A DNA stretch of 64,000 nucleotides from Candidatus Lustribacter sp. GTDB lineage: Bacteria; Vulcanimicrobiota; Vulcanimicrobiia; Vulcanimicrobiales; Vulcanimicrobiaceae. Position numbers and translations under genes: made by a program. How positions within the stretch are numbered: the first letter of the stretch is position 1; the number at the start of each line of letters is the position of its first letter. The notes under the pieces were generated by a model that had not been told where the DNA came from, made no database searches, and worked only from the letters and a program-made list of their open reading frames with translations. Positions 20,783 to 29,522 of the stretch are shown here, in pieces. The stretch is taken from NCBI GenBank assembly GCA_965277805.1, contig OZ255842.1, positions 992,001 through 1,056,000 on the forward strand, read 5' to 3'.

Positions 20783-21273
20783 GCCGGCACCGCTTCGAAC
20801 ACGGCGTCGGCCTCGCATTGGGCCACAAAAGCGTCGACGTCGTAGATCGTGGTCACCCCGTCGCTGCCCGAGACGACCCCGGCCAAGCTCGAGTCCCCGC
20901 TCACGAGGCCGCCGGAGCTGCTCCACGTCGCGCGGTCGACCGGTGCGAAGGCCTCCACGTCGTCGACCCAGAGCATCAGCAAACGGCCCGTGGCTCGAAT
21001 GACGATCAGCCGGTCGGAGAGTTCCATGGGTCGCGCCGGGAGCCCGAAGCGCACGCGCAGGTCCAGCACCGGCACGATCGCGCCGCGCAGGTCGACGACG
21101 CCGGCGATGTAGGCCGGCTGGCGCGGCAACGGTGTGACGGCGACGGCTGCCAGGATCTCGACGACGACCGCGGCGTCGACGGCGCACGCGCGGTCCGCGA
21201 GCCGAAACAAAGCAATGCTAGCGGGTGCTCGCAGCCCCCGCGCAAGGCCGGCGTCCGCCGGCAATGCGCTCAT
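20779..21273 (-). CDS. cheW: CheW adaptor (WspB-like)
   Basis: VTPLPRQPAYIAGVVDLRGAIVPVLDLRVRFG. Confidence 0.9.
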   Translation of the reverse strand: MSALPADAGLARGLRAPASIALFRLADRACAVDAAVVVEILAAVAVTPLPRQPAYIAGVVDLRGAIVPVLDLRVRFGLPARPMELSDRLIVIRATGRLLMLWVDDVEAFAPVDRATWSSSGGLVSGDSSLAGVVSGSDGVTTIYDVDAFVAQCEADAVFEAVPA

Positions 21274-21509
21274 CCTGACCTAAAACGACGGCTGCAAAAC
21301 GGCAGCCGACCCCGTAACCATATCGACACGGGCAACACCCTCACCCTACGCGCTCAATGGATCCTGTTTTTCGTATTATACCCTACCCGGAGTTGAACTG
21401 CGGATGAGGCATCCCACTACAGAATAGAGATACCAAGCAAGCGCTGTCAAGCAGCTGTCACGCAAAGGTATTCCAAACCGTCTATGTTCGAAACCGGGCA
21501 AAAAAGAGT

Positions 21510-21525
21510 GGTGAGCCCGCTCACA
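21510..21525. promoter_or_regulatory. CRP/FNR-like palindromic site
   Basis: GGTGA-GCCCGC-TCACA matches TGTGA-N6-TCACA at 9 of 10 positions; lies in the divergent che/alkB intergenic region. Confidence 0.45.
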
Positions 21526-21526
21526 G

Positions 21527-21540
21527 CGAACATACGTTCG
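21527..21540. promoter_or_regulatory. LexA (SOS) box, Gram-positive/Cheo type
   Basis: CGAAC-ATAC-GTTCG is a perfect CGAAC-N4-GTTCG, 2 nt upstream of a DNA-repair gene start. Confidence 0.8.
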
Positions 21541-21542
21541 AT

Positions 21543-22133
21543 ATGCGTCAGGCAGCTCTGTTCGCGAGCCTCGAAGAGCCGGTTCAACTGATCGACGAGG
21601 GTGGCGACGTCACGTTCTATCCCGGCTTCCTCGGGTTCGAGGAAGGCGACGCGCTGGTTACCGAGTTGCTCGCGACCACGCGGTTCTCAGCCGACAGCCG
21701 GCTCATGTACGGCAAGCGCGTCGCTGTCCCGCGCGAGACGGCCGGACGTGGCGATCGCATGTCGCAGCCCTGGTCACCGCTCCTACTGGCCGTGCGCGAG
21801 CGCCTCCAAACGCTGCTCGCAACCGAATTCGACTACGTGTTCGTCAACCGGTACCGCGACGGCCGCGACAGCGTGGCCTGGCACGGCGACCACGAGATCG
21901 ACGGCAAAGTCGTGGCCTCACTCTCGCTCGGCGCGACGCGCGAGTTCGACCTGCGCCCCAAACGCGAGAGCGATCTGCGTCAGCGTACGATCGCGCTCGA
22001 CCTCACCCACGGCGACCTCGTCGTGATGCGCGGAGAAACCCAGCGCTATTGGGAACACCGCGTCCGGAAAGACCCGCTCGTCCACGAACAGCGCATCAAC
22101 CTAACGTTCCGCCAACACCGCGTCCGCCCGTAA
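21543..22133 (+). CDS. AlkB-family 2OG-Fe(II) DNA repair dioxygenase (ALKBH2/3-like)
   Basis: VNRYRDGRDSVAWHGD, ASLSLGATR, HRVRK, RINLTFR. Confidence 0.92.
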   Translation: MRQAALFASLEEPVQLIDEGGDVTFYPGFLGFEEGDALVTELLATTRFSADSRLMYGKRVAVPRETAGRGDRMSQPWSPLLLAVRERLQTLLATEFDYVFVNRYRDGRDSVAWHGDHEIDGKVVASLSLGATREFDLRPKRESDLRQRTIALDLTHGDLVVMRGETQRYWEHRVRKDPLVHEQRINLTFRQHRVRP

Positions 22134-22134
22134 C

Positions 22135-22160
22135 CGTCACCCCGAGCTGGTCGAGGGGCA
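22135..22160 (+). repeat. Palindromic repeat copy 2 (supplies last codons and stop of the TetR gene)
   Basis: CGTCACCCCGAGCTGGTCGAGGGGCA between convergent genes. Confidence 0.75.
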
Positions 22161-22802
22161 GGCACAACCCTCGATCGCGAGGCGCAGCAACTCACGCAAC
22201 TCCGCCACCCCTTGTTCAACGTCGCCGTTGGTCGTGTCGCGCAGCCAATTCCGAATCGTTGCGTGGTAGATGGCGAGGATGAGCCGGGCGATCGTACCCG
22301 GGTCCTCGTTCGCGCGGATGTGCCCCTCGCGCTGGTGGCGGCGCACCAGCTCCGTGATGTGCTCGCGCATCGCGAACACGTGCCGGTCGTGCTCCGGATC
22401 GGACGTGGGAACGCCGTTCACATTGGGCTTGATGACGATCTCTTGCAGCGCGTGAAGCGAGAGGTCGGGATGCGTGCTCCCATATCGGTAACGTGCGGCG
22501 AAGATGTAGATCAGCTGATCGAGCAGATCGCCCGGCACGCGGCCGGCCTTCACGTCGGCGATCGTGTCCGCCGTGACCCGGGCCAGATCGTCGTTGACGA
22601 TCCACAGTAAGAGGTTGCGTTTGTCGGGTGCATAGAGGAAGAGGGTGCCCGTCGCGACCCCCGCACGCCGCGCGATCTCGCGCATGCTGGCACTCTTATA
22701 ACCGAACTCGGTGAACACCGAACGCGCCGCTTCATTGATGCGGCGGCGCTTGTCCTGTTTACCGTTTTCGCGCCGGCGGACGACCGCCGAAGCCGGTTCC
22801 AT
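22137..22802 (-). CDS. TetR/AcrR-family regulator
   Basis: Likely ATG at 22802; RINEAARSVFTEFGYKSASMREIARRAGVATGTLFLY. Confidence 0.88.
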   Translation of the reverse strand: MEPASAVVRRRENGKQDKRRRINEAARSVFTEFGYKSASMREIARRAGVATGTLFLYAPDKRNLLLWIVNDDLARVTADTIADVKAGRVPGDLLDQLIYIFAARYRYGSTHPDLSLHALQEIVIKPNVNGVPTSDPEHDRHVFAMREHITELVRRHQREGHIRANEDPGTIARLILAIYHATIRNWLRDTTNGDVEQGVAELRELLRLAIEGCACPSTSSG

Positions 22803-22840
22803 CAGCAGGGCTTTGCCGGGGAAAGACTGATTCCCCCGGG

Positions 22841-23473
22841 GTGAACGGTACTGCGCCAGTACTGCTCGTTCCGCACGGTGCGGAAGAAGATGCAGTGCGC
22901 CGGGCAGCGCCGGCCGCGACGATCGTTGGAATTCGTGCCGGCGCGAGCGCCGCGCAACTCCCCGATGCGTTGCCCGCCGGTCCAATCGTCGTCATGGGAC
23001 TATGCGGCGCATTGCGCGGCATTCGCACCGGCGCCATCGTCATCTACACCGGCGCCGTCGATGAAACCGGCCGTTACACGTTCGACGGCGAGCAAGTCGC
23101 GCAACTTCACGCGCGCATACCGCAAGCGACGCTCGTTCACGCCTGCACGATCGATCACGTCGTCACGCGCGCCACCGAACGTGTCGCACTCGCCGCCGCC
23201 TACAACGCCGATGTCGTCGACATGGAAGCCACGCACCTCGCCCGCGCCCTCGCCGCCCGCGGCCGCGCAAGCCTCGTCGTACGCATCGCAAGCGACGACC
23301 CGAGCTTCGACCTGCCGCCGATCGAGTCGGCGTTCACGGCAAGCGGCAAAATCCGCCCGCTCCACCTCGCCCGCGCCTTCATCACGCACCCAAGCGCCGC
23401 CGTACGCTTCATCCACGACGTCCGCCAAGCACTCAACACCCTAGCCCAAACCGCAGCCCACCTAACGCGCTAA
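22841..23473 (+). CDS. hpnG: Nucleoside phosphorylase-family protein, hopanoid-associated (HpnG-like)
   Basis: MGLCGAL, ADVVDMEA and VRIASDD motifs; FDLP...G.IRP C-terminus; hpnB and shc lie in the same region. Confidence 0.6.
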   Translation: MNGTAPVLLVPHGAEEDAVRRAAPAATIVGIRAGASAAQLPDALPAGPIVVMGLCGALRGIRTGAIVIYTGAVDETGRYTFDGEQVAQLHARIPQATLVHACTIDHVVTRATERVALAAAYNADVVDMEATHLARALAARGRASLVVRIASDDPSFDLPPIESAFTASGKIRPLHLARAFITHPSAAVRFIHDVRQALNTLAQTAAHLTR

Positions 23474-23476
23474 TAA

Positions 23477-23524
23477 TGTCATCCCGAGAAAGCGCCCGGA
23501 GGGCGCGTCGTCGAGGGACCGCCC
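23477..23524 (+). repeat. Long-variant palindromic repeat copy 3 (left edge of island)
   Basis: TGTCATCCCGAGAAAGCGCCCGGAGGGCGCGTCGTCGAGGGACCGCC, with internal GCGCCC/GGGCGC hairpin. Confidence 0.85.
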
Positions 23525-23533
23525 AAATCGATA

Positions 23534-24463
23534 CTATACGCGAACAGTCTCTCTTGACTTACCGGCAGCGTTACGATTCAGTTTGAAAATCTCGCGCGCC
23601 TCATCAGGCGTAGCCGGGCGGCGGTTGAAGAACTTCGCGAGCTCGACGGTGGCGGCAATGAGCTGATGATTAGATTCGGCGGGTTGGCCGTCCGGCAGCA
23701 GCCGATTATCTTCCATCCCGATCCGAAGCACGTCGCATTCCGCAGCCATTCCCAAACCGGCAACGGGAAACTGATGCGGTCCGCAGCCGAACACGCCGAC
23801 CTTAGCTTTCGGGAAAAGCAACTTCCCCTCTTCAATCGACTGCATCATCACGCGCGCCACCGCCGGCGCGTTCGCAATCCCGCCGCCGTGCGTCAGCCAC
23901 AGATAGTCGGCGTTAGCATCGAACACGCCGTCATCGGCCATTTTCTTCAACCGGTACAGCGCCGGAATATGAACGACTTCAAATTCGATCGCCGAGCTCT
24001 TGTCGTGCGCGTTCTTGATCGATTGAATGAGCCAGTCGCGATTGTTGACGAAGGGTTTCTCGACCGGCTGACCGCCATAAACGTGGACGAAGTCAGTCGA
24101 ACCGGTTGCCGCGCCGTACAGATCGGGCGCCGGCGTAAGGTTGAGCAGCGCCAGCCGGTCCGCGTCGGTCGGACGAACCCATTCACCCGTCGCCTTGTCC
24201 TTGCGCGCGCCGATCCCGTTCGTCGTCTGAATCAAGACATCGCTATTCGCGCGGATATTGCGAATGATGTCCTGAAAGACACCGATGTCGCTGGTCGTCA
24301 AACCATCTTCGTCGCGCGCGTGCGTGTGAACGACGGCCGCACCGGCCTCCCGGCAGCGGGCGGCCTCCTCGCCGATCTCCTTCGGCGTGATCGGCACTTT
24401 TGTGACCGCGTCCGAGACCTGGTATCCGCCGTTTACAGCGGCTACGATGACGATTGGTTTCAC
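23534..24463 (-). CDS. BKACE / 3-keto-5-aminohexanoate cleavage family (DUF849) protein
   Basis: VPITPKEI...AGAAVVHTHARD; RIGMEDN; RPATPDEAREI. Confidence 0.9.
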   Translation of the reverse strand: MKPIVIVAAVNGGYQVSDAVTKVPITPKEIGEEAARCREAGAAVVHTHARDEDGLTTSDIGVFQDIIRNIRANSDVLIQTTNGIGARKDKATGEWVRPTDADRLALLNLTPAPDLYGAATGSTDFVHVYGGQPVEKPFVNNRDWLIQSIKNAHDKSSAIEFEVVHIPALYRLKKMADDGVFDANADYLWLTHGGGIANAPAVARVMMQSIEEGKLLFPKAKVGVFGCGPHQFPVAGLGMAAECDVLRIGMEDNRLLPDGQPAESNHQLIAATVELAKFFNRRPATPDEAREIFKLNRNAAGKSRETVRV

Positions 24464-24478
24464 GGGCGTTTCTCCGTC

Positions 24479-25435
24479 TCAGCTGATCAGGTCGCGCGCG
24501 TTGAATTGTTGCGGAATGAACTTATACTTCGCCGCCGCATCGATGTACGGCTGAATCAACCGCGGATCGAGTGAGAGCGCTCGCACCGACGGCTTGTTTT
24601 TCGCAACCACCTCAACCGGCAGGCCGGTGAATTTGGCGGTCAGCGGATAGACCTCGGTTTCGTGATCGCTCACGTATTGCCCGGCTGCGTGAAGCACGTC
24701 CCGAAACGCCTGCAGCTCGCGCTTGTGCGCGCTCGCCCACGCAATGCTCGAGAAGTAGGCTGAGGGCTCGGAGCGGCGGCCGAAGGCCTCAAACGGATAA
24801 CCGATGATGCGCGCACCCTGGGCGACGGCGCCCGACATGATCGGCTCGTACGCGACCATCGCGTCAACGCGTCCCTGCTCGAGCGCCGGGCCCGTCGTGG
24901 TGGGCGGGATCTCGGTAAACTTGACCGACTTGATGTCGACGCCGTTGCGGTCGAGCCACGCCATCGAGGCCAGCGCAAATGAATTGTTGAGCGCGCTGAC
25001 GCCGATAATTTTCCCGCTGAGGTCTTTAGCCGACTGAATCGTTGACGAGCCTTTGACCAGCATGCCGACGTTTTGATTGCTCACATCGTAGAGAAGCGTC
25101 GGAGCCACGATCGTGAGCGGCACGCCTTGCGAATGCGCGAGGATCGGCACCACCACATCCCCGCCGCCGACTTCGAGTGAACCGCCGCCGACGACGGCGC
25201 TCGCGATCTCTGTGCCGCTGCGCATCAGCGTGATCGAAACGTCCAAGCCGGCGCGGCGGAAGAGCCCGGCGTTGATTGCATACAGCAGCGGTGCCACCTG
25301 ATCGGTAGGCCCGGAGGCCACCCGGATGACGGTGAGCTCGGGCGCCGGCTGCGCCTCAACTTTGGTCGCGTGGAGAAGCGACGCCGCAACGACCGCGCCG
25401 ATGGCTTTGCCGCGTGTGATCGTACCAAGTCCCAT
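24479..25435 (-). CDS. ABC transporter substrate-binding protein, NMT1/SsuA/TauA family
   Basis: Signal-like N-terminus; GLFRRAGLDV, DLSGKIIGV, LEQGRVDA...EP. Confidence 0.85.
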   Translation of the reverse strand: MGLGTITRGKAIGAVVAASLLHATKVEAQPAPELTVIRVASGPTDQVAPLLYAINAGLFRRAGLDVSITLMRSGTEIASAVVGGGSLEVGGGDVVVPILAHSQGVPLTIVAPTLLYDVSNQNVGMLVKGSSTIQSAKDLSGKIIGVSALNNSFALASMAWLDRNGVDIKSVKFTEIPPTTTGPALEQGRVDAMVAYEPIMSGAVAQGARIIGYPFEAFGRRSEPSAYFSSIAWASAHKRELQAFRDVLHAAGQYVSDHETEVYPLTAKFTGLPVEVVAKNKPSVRALSLDPRLIQPYIDAAAKYKFIPQQFNARDLIS

Positions 25436-25449
25436 GACAAGCCTGCCTT

Positions 25450-26487
25450 TCAGAGTGCCCATGCGATGGCGCGAATCTCGCCCAGCCGCCGGGGAAGTTC
25501 AATCCAACACTCGCCGCCGTCGACGCTGCGATAGAGTTGGCCGAGTGCCGAGGCTGCGAAGACCAGCATCGGGTCGGCGCGATTGACCGCCAGAAAATAC
25601 ACCGAACTCTGGACCTGACCGGGTAGATGAACGTCTTCCCATGTTGCGCCGTGGTCGCGGCTGCGGTAGAGACGGCCGTGCCAGCCCGGCGCCCCGCTGC
25701 CGTTGGTCAGGAACATCACGCCGGTGCGGTCGGGGCGCTCGACGATGCTGCGCACGTATTGCCACGGCGAGTCGATCGTCTGAAACGTCCAGTGCACTCC
25801 CTCATCGTCACTGTGATGGAGACCGAACGCCGTGCTGGCGAACACCGTCCGCTTACCGTTGTTGACCACGACGACGCCGTGAACGTCGGCGATCGCAAGG
25901 CCCTCGCCGCGGCGTTCGAACGTTCGGCCGCCGTCGCGGCTGATCCACGCATCGTCGATTTCAACCGACACGCACACCAGCGCCGGATCGTCCGGATCCC
26001 AGACGATCTGCGTCACGCGCGTCCAGTGCTTGTTCGGGTCGTCGGGACGCGTCGGCTCGACCGTCGCAATCGGGTTCGAACTACTGTCGGTACCATGGAA
26101 ATGCAAGGCGACCGATTCGTTCATCGGAACGTGCAAATCGGTCCAACTTTGTCCGCCGTCTTCCGAGCGGTAGAGATTCGCGGACTGCGTGCCGGCGAGC
26201 ACGACGTTGGGATCGTGGGGCGAATACGCGATCGCCGTGACGACCCGTTTGCCGTCGAGCACGCTGTCGATGTGCTGCCACTGCGCTTCGCCCGGGCGAC
26301 GGCGGAAGAGCCCCAGCTCGGTGCCGCACATCACCTCGCCCGGAATCGACGGGTGACACGCAAGTCCCCACACCTGCGACCCGGAATAGATGCCGGCATC
26401 GGTCCCCGTGCGCAACAGGTTTTCGCCGAAATCGTTGCTCGACCAGAGCGATAAGCCGTTGGTCGCGATATACAGAATGGGCTTCAT
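25450..26487 (-). CDS. BNR/Asp-box beta-propeller protein (glycosyl hydrolase-like)
   Basis: Repeated Asp-boxes (RSEDGGQSW, SRDGGRTF, SRDHGATW, RSVDGGECW); ATG at 26487; no signal peptide. Confidence 0.85.
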   Translation of the reverse strand: MKPILYIATNGLSLWSSNDFGENLLRTGTDAGIYSGSQVWGLACHPSIPGEVMCGTELGLFRRRPGEAQWQHIDSVLDGKRVVTAIAYSPHDPNVVLAGTQSANLYRSEDGGQSWTDLHVPMNESVALHFHGTDSSSNPIATVEPTRPDDPNKHWTRVTQIVWDPDDPALVCVSVEIDDAWISRDGGRTFERRGEGLAIADVHGVVVVNNGKRTVFASTAFGLHHSDDEGVHWTFQTIDSPWQYVRSIVERPDRTGVMFLTNGSGAPGWHGRLYRSRDHGATWEDVHLPGQVQSSVYFLAVNRADPMLVFAASALGQLYRSVDGGECWIELPRRLGEIRAIAWAL

Positions 26488-26488
26488 G

Positions 26489-27385
26489 TTAGGCCACCTG
26501 TGCGAAGCGTTCGCGGGCCTCGTCGACCGTCGCGGGCGCACGGCCGAAGATCCGCGCGATCTTGACGATCTCTTCGACTTGCCGGTAATTGTGCTCGGCG
26601 ACGCTGCCATCGGGGAGAAAGATGCCGTCCTCGAAGCCCACGCGCACGACGTCGCAGCCCTGCGAAAGACCGAGTGTCGCGATCCAGAACATGTCTGGTC
26701 CCGTTCCGGTAACGCCCCACATCGCCTGTGGATATAGGCGCTGCCCTTCGTCGATCGAAAACTGGATATTGCGCGCGATCGGCGGGGTGGCGCCGAAGCC
26801 GCCGCCGTGCAGCAGCCAAATGTTCTTGCGGTGACGATCGAAGAGGCCTTCCTCGGCCACGCGTAAGAGGCGATGCAGCGAACTTGCCTCGACGACCTCG
26901 TACTCGAGTGCTTTACCGGCCGCGTAGACGGCAGCGATCGTTTGCTTGAGCAAATCGATCGTGTTGACGTAGGGCGTTTCGCCGGGATAGCCGCCGCCCG
27001 GATTGTAGAAGTCCATCGAGCCGGCGGCAATTCCGAACAGGTCTTGCTGCGGTTCGATCGTCAGCAGGCCCAGCCGCTCTTTGTCGGTCGGCCACAGGAA
27101 GCCGCCGGTGTTCGGATCGCGCCGGACGCCGATGCCGTTGGTCGTTTGAATGAGGACCGGACACTTCGCCCGGATGGCGCGGATGATCTCGCTGTAGATC
27201 GCGGGATCGCCGGAATTATTCCCATCCTTATCGCGCGCGTGAACGTGAACGACCGACGCGCCCGCCTTCCAGCACGCATAGGCGGCTTCAGCGATTTCGT
27301 GCGGCTGCTTCGGAATCTTCGCGCCGTCGCGGTCCTGCTGCATACCGCCGTTTAGGGCGACCGTGAGGATGATGTTTTTAGCCAT
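26489..27385 (-). CDS. BKACE / DUF849 family protein (second paralogue)
   Basis: ATG at 27385 with GGAG-like RBS region; GASVVHVHARD; RVGFEDG; PATVDEARE. Confidence 0.9.
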   Translation of the reverse strand: MAKNIILTVALNGGMQQDRDGAKIPKQPHEIAEAAYACWKAGASVVHVHARDKDGNNSGDPAIYSEIIRAIRAKCPVLIQTTNGIGVRRDPNTGGFLWPTDKERLGLLTIEPQQDLFGIAAGSMDFYNPGGGYPGETPYVNTIDLLKQTIAAVYAAGKALEYEVVEASSLHRLLRVAEEGLFDRHRKNIWLLHGGGFGATPPIARNIQFSIDEGQRLYPQAMWGVTGTGPDMFWIATLGLSQGCDVVRVGFEDGIFLPDGSVAEHNYRQVEEIVKIARIFGRAPATVDEARERFAQVA

Positions 27386-27492
27386 GGAGACGCCTACCTC
27401 GCTCGCATCCTTGGCAGGGCCGTAGACAAGTCCTTCCTCACGTGGGGAATTATGAAAGAAGACTTCATCAGCGAATCCAGGAAAAATTTGCG

Positions 27493-28182
27493 ATGCCCAC
27501 TTCGGCTCTGCCAAAACGCAAGGCGCCACCTCAGAAAACGCGCCGTTCGCCGGGTCGCCCGCGCCAAGACGCGCTGCGGAATGCCCTCGTGATCGGCACG
27601 ATGCAACTCGTGCAGACGACGCCTCCGTCGGAGCTGAGCCTGCGCGAAATCGCCCGGGCCGCAAACGTCGACCCCGCACTGATCCGCTACTATTTCGGGG
27701 ATAAGTATGGTCTCTTCGCTGAGGTTATCGCATTGATCGCGGATGAAATCGTGCGCGCGGGCTCCGCGGCTCTAGCCAGCCGGGGGACGGCGAAGGAGCG
27801 GTTGATGCGCTTTGTTCGGGTGAACTTTGAGGGCAATATCCGCCACCCGCATTATCACCAACTGATCTTGGACCAGATCACCCACGGGCGGCCCGAGCCG
27901 GTCCGCAAAATTCGCAGCGAGATCAGCCGGGTCTTGCGCAAAGAACTGATCGATCTCATGCGCGACGGTGCGAAGAGCGGCGAATTGCGCGTCGTGGATC
28001 CGGGCTATCTCGGCATCGCGGTCATCGGTATGTGCGAATTTTTCTGTTCGAGCTGGGGTCCGGTCGCGGCCCTCCTTGGAGACTCGACGGAATCGGCTCT
28101 CGACAAATCATCCAAAGCATACGGAAAATTCATCGAAGATTTCGTCGTGCAAGCGTTGAGCCCGGTGATCGCTAAGCGCTAA
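27493..28182 (+). CDS. TetR-family regulator
   Basis: GRPR...SLREIARAANVDPALIRYYFGDK; divergent from the BKACE operon. Confidence 0.88.
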   Translation: MPTSALPKRKAPPQKTRRSPGRPRQDALRNALVIGTMQLVQTTPPSELSLREIARAANVDPALIRYYFGDKYGLFAEVIALIADEIVRAGSAALASRGTAKERLMRFVRVNFEGNIRHPHYHQLILDQITHGRPEPVRKIRSEISRVLRKELIDLMRDGAKSGELRVVDPGYLGIAVIGMCEFFCSSWGPVAALLGDSTESALDKSSKAYGKFIEDFVVQALSPVIAKR

Positions 28183-29458
28183 CCGTCGCGCGGCACGCGC
28201 CGAATCCGATTGGGACGAAGCCCACCTTGCGAGCCCAACCGCGGAAAATAACCTCGTCACCGTCAAGGAGCCAGACGCGTTCTTCGCCATCGAGATCGAG
28301 CGATTGGGTGCCGCGCGACGTCAACTCGGCTAAGCATGCGCGGCTCGCGTCCTCCGGTCCCGAGGCGGTTCCGCTGCCGAGAAGATCGCCGGGTTGAAGG
28401 TTGCAGCCGTTGCTCGTATGATGCGCGAGCATTTGCGCGAACGACCACCACATCGTGCGAAAATTCGTTCGCGTGACCACGGTCCCGCCTTTGCCGGCAG
28501 CGTGTGCCGACGGAGTAAGAATTGACGCCTCGAGTTCGATCGAGAAGCCGCCGCTCGTGCGCTCGAATTCATTTGTCAGGTGCGCCGGCGCGGGCGGATC
28601 GTTCGTGCCACGCTCGGGGAGCGCGCAGCGAAACGGCGCGAGCGCGTCCGCCGTGACGATCCATGGTGAAACGGTTGTCGCAAAACTCTTGGCTAAAAAC
28701 GGTCCGAGCGGAAGGCTCTCGAACGTCTGCATTCCCCGCGCCGACCAGTCGTTGAGCAAGCAGAACCCAAAGAGCCGGCTGGAAGCATCGTCGATCGCGA
28801 CCGGCTCGCCGAGCGGGTTGGCCGGTCCAACATAGGCGCCGAGCTCGAGCTCAAAATCCAGCGATGGTTCGGGTCCGTACTCAGGCGTTGCGTTTGCATC
28901 GAGATACTGACCCCATGGCCGGCGAACGGGAACGCCGCTGACGCATACCGAGGTCGCGCGGCTGTTGTACGCGATCGGGAGATGGTGAAACGCCGGGGGC
29001 ACGGTACCGCCGCCCATGCGTTTCGTGTGATCGAGAGAGCAGAGAAAGTCCGTGAACGCTCCGACAGCAGCCGGCATGCGCATCTGCACGGCAGCGAGAT
29101 CGTATACGCAAGGCCGAAGGCGGTCGCGGAGCGCGGCGGGCGCGTCGGTCGACAATGCCGTGGAGAGCTGCATGCGCAGTTCGCGAGCCGGACGGTTTCC
29201 AAGCGTAAGCAGTGAATTGAGCGTCGATCCGGTGCACGCGTTTGCGGCAACCTCCGCGGCGCCGGTAAAAATGCCCGCAGCTTGCGCGGCGAGCAGGTCG
29301 ACCACGGCAGAGCCGATCGCCACGCCGCCTCGCGCCGTTCGACCCGGCGTTTCAAAAACTCCGAACGGCAGGTTTTGAATTGGGAACTCGGTTCCGAGTT
29401 CGTTTGCACTTTCGATCCAGCTTTGGCGAGCGGGATCGTGCGTCGCGTCAAGCGTCAT
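28172..29458 (-). CDS. fahA: Fumarylacetoacetase
   Basis: TLDATHDP...FPIQNLPFGVF; LDFELELG; LLNDWSAR; LGPFLAKSF; GDLLGSGT. Confidence 0.9.
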   Translation of the reverse strand: MTLDATHDPARQSWIESANELGTEFPIQNLPFGVFETPGRTARGGVAIGSAVVDLLAAQAAGIFTGAAEVAANACTGSTLNSLLTLGNRPARELRMQLSTALSTDAPAALRDRLRPCVYDLAAVQMRMPAAVGAFTDFLCSLDHTKRMGGGTVPPAFHHLPIAYNSRATSVCVSGVPVRRPWGQYLDANATPEYGPEPSLDFELELGAYVGPANPLGEPVAIDDASSRLFGFCLLNDWSARGMQTFESLPLGPFLAKSFATTVSPWIVTADALAPFRCALPERGTNDPPAPAHLTNEFERTSGGFSIELEASILTPSAHAAGKGGTVVTRTNFRTMWWSFAQMLAHHTSNGCNLQPGDLLGSGTASGPEDASRACLAELTSRGTQSLDLDGEERVWLLDGDEVIFRGWARKVGFVPIGFGACRATVSA

Positions 29459-29522
29459 GTGCCACTCCGCTTTCTGCCGCCGCCGGCGGGTAAATTCCTC
29501 GCGGCGAGAATATAGCGTCAAC

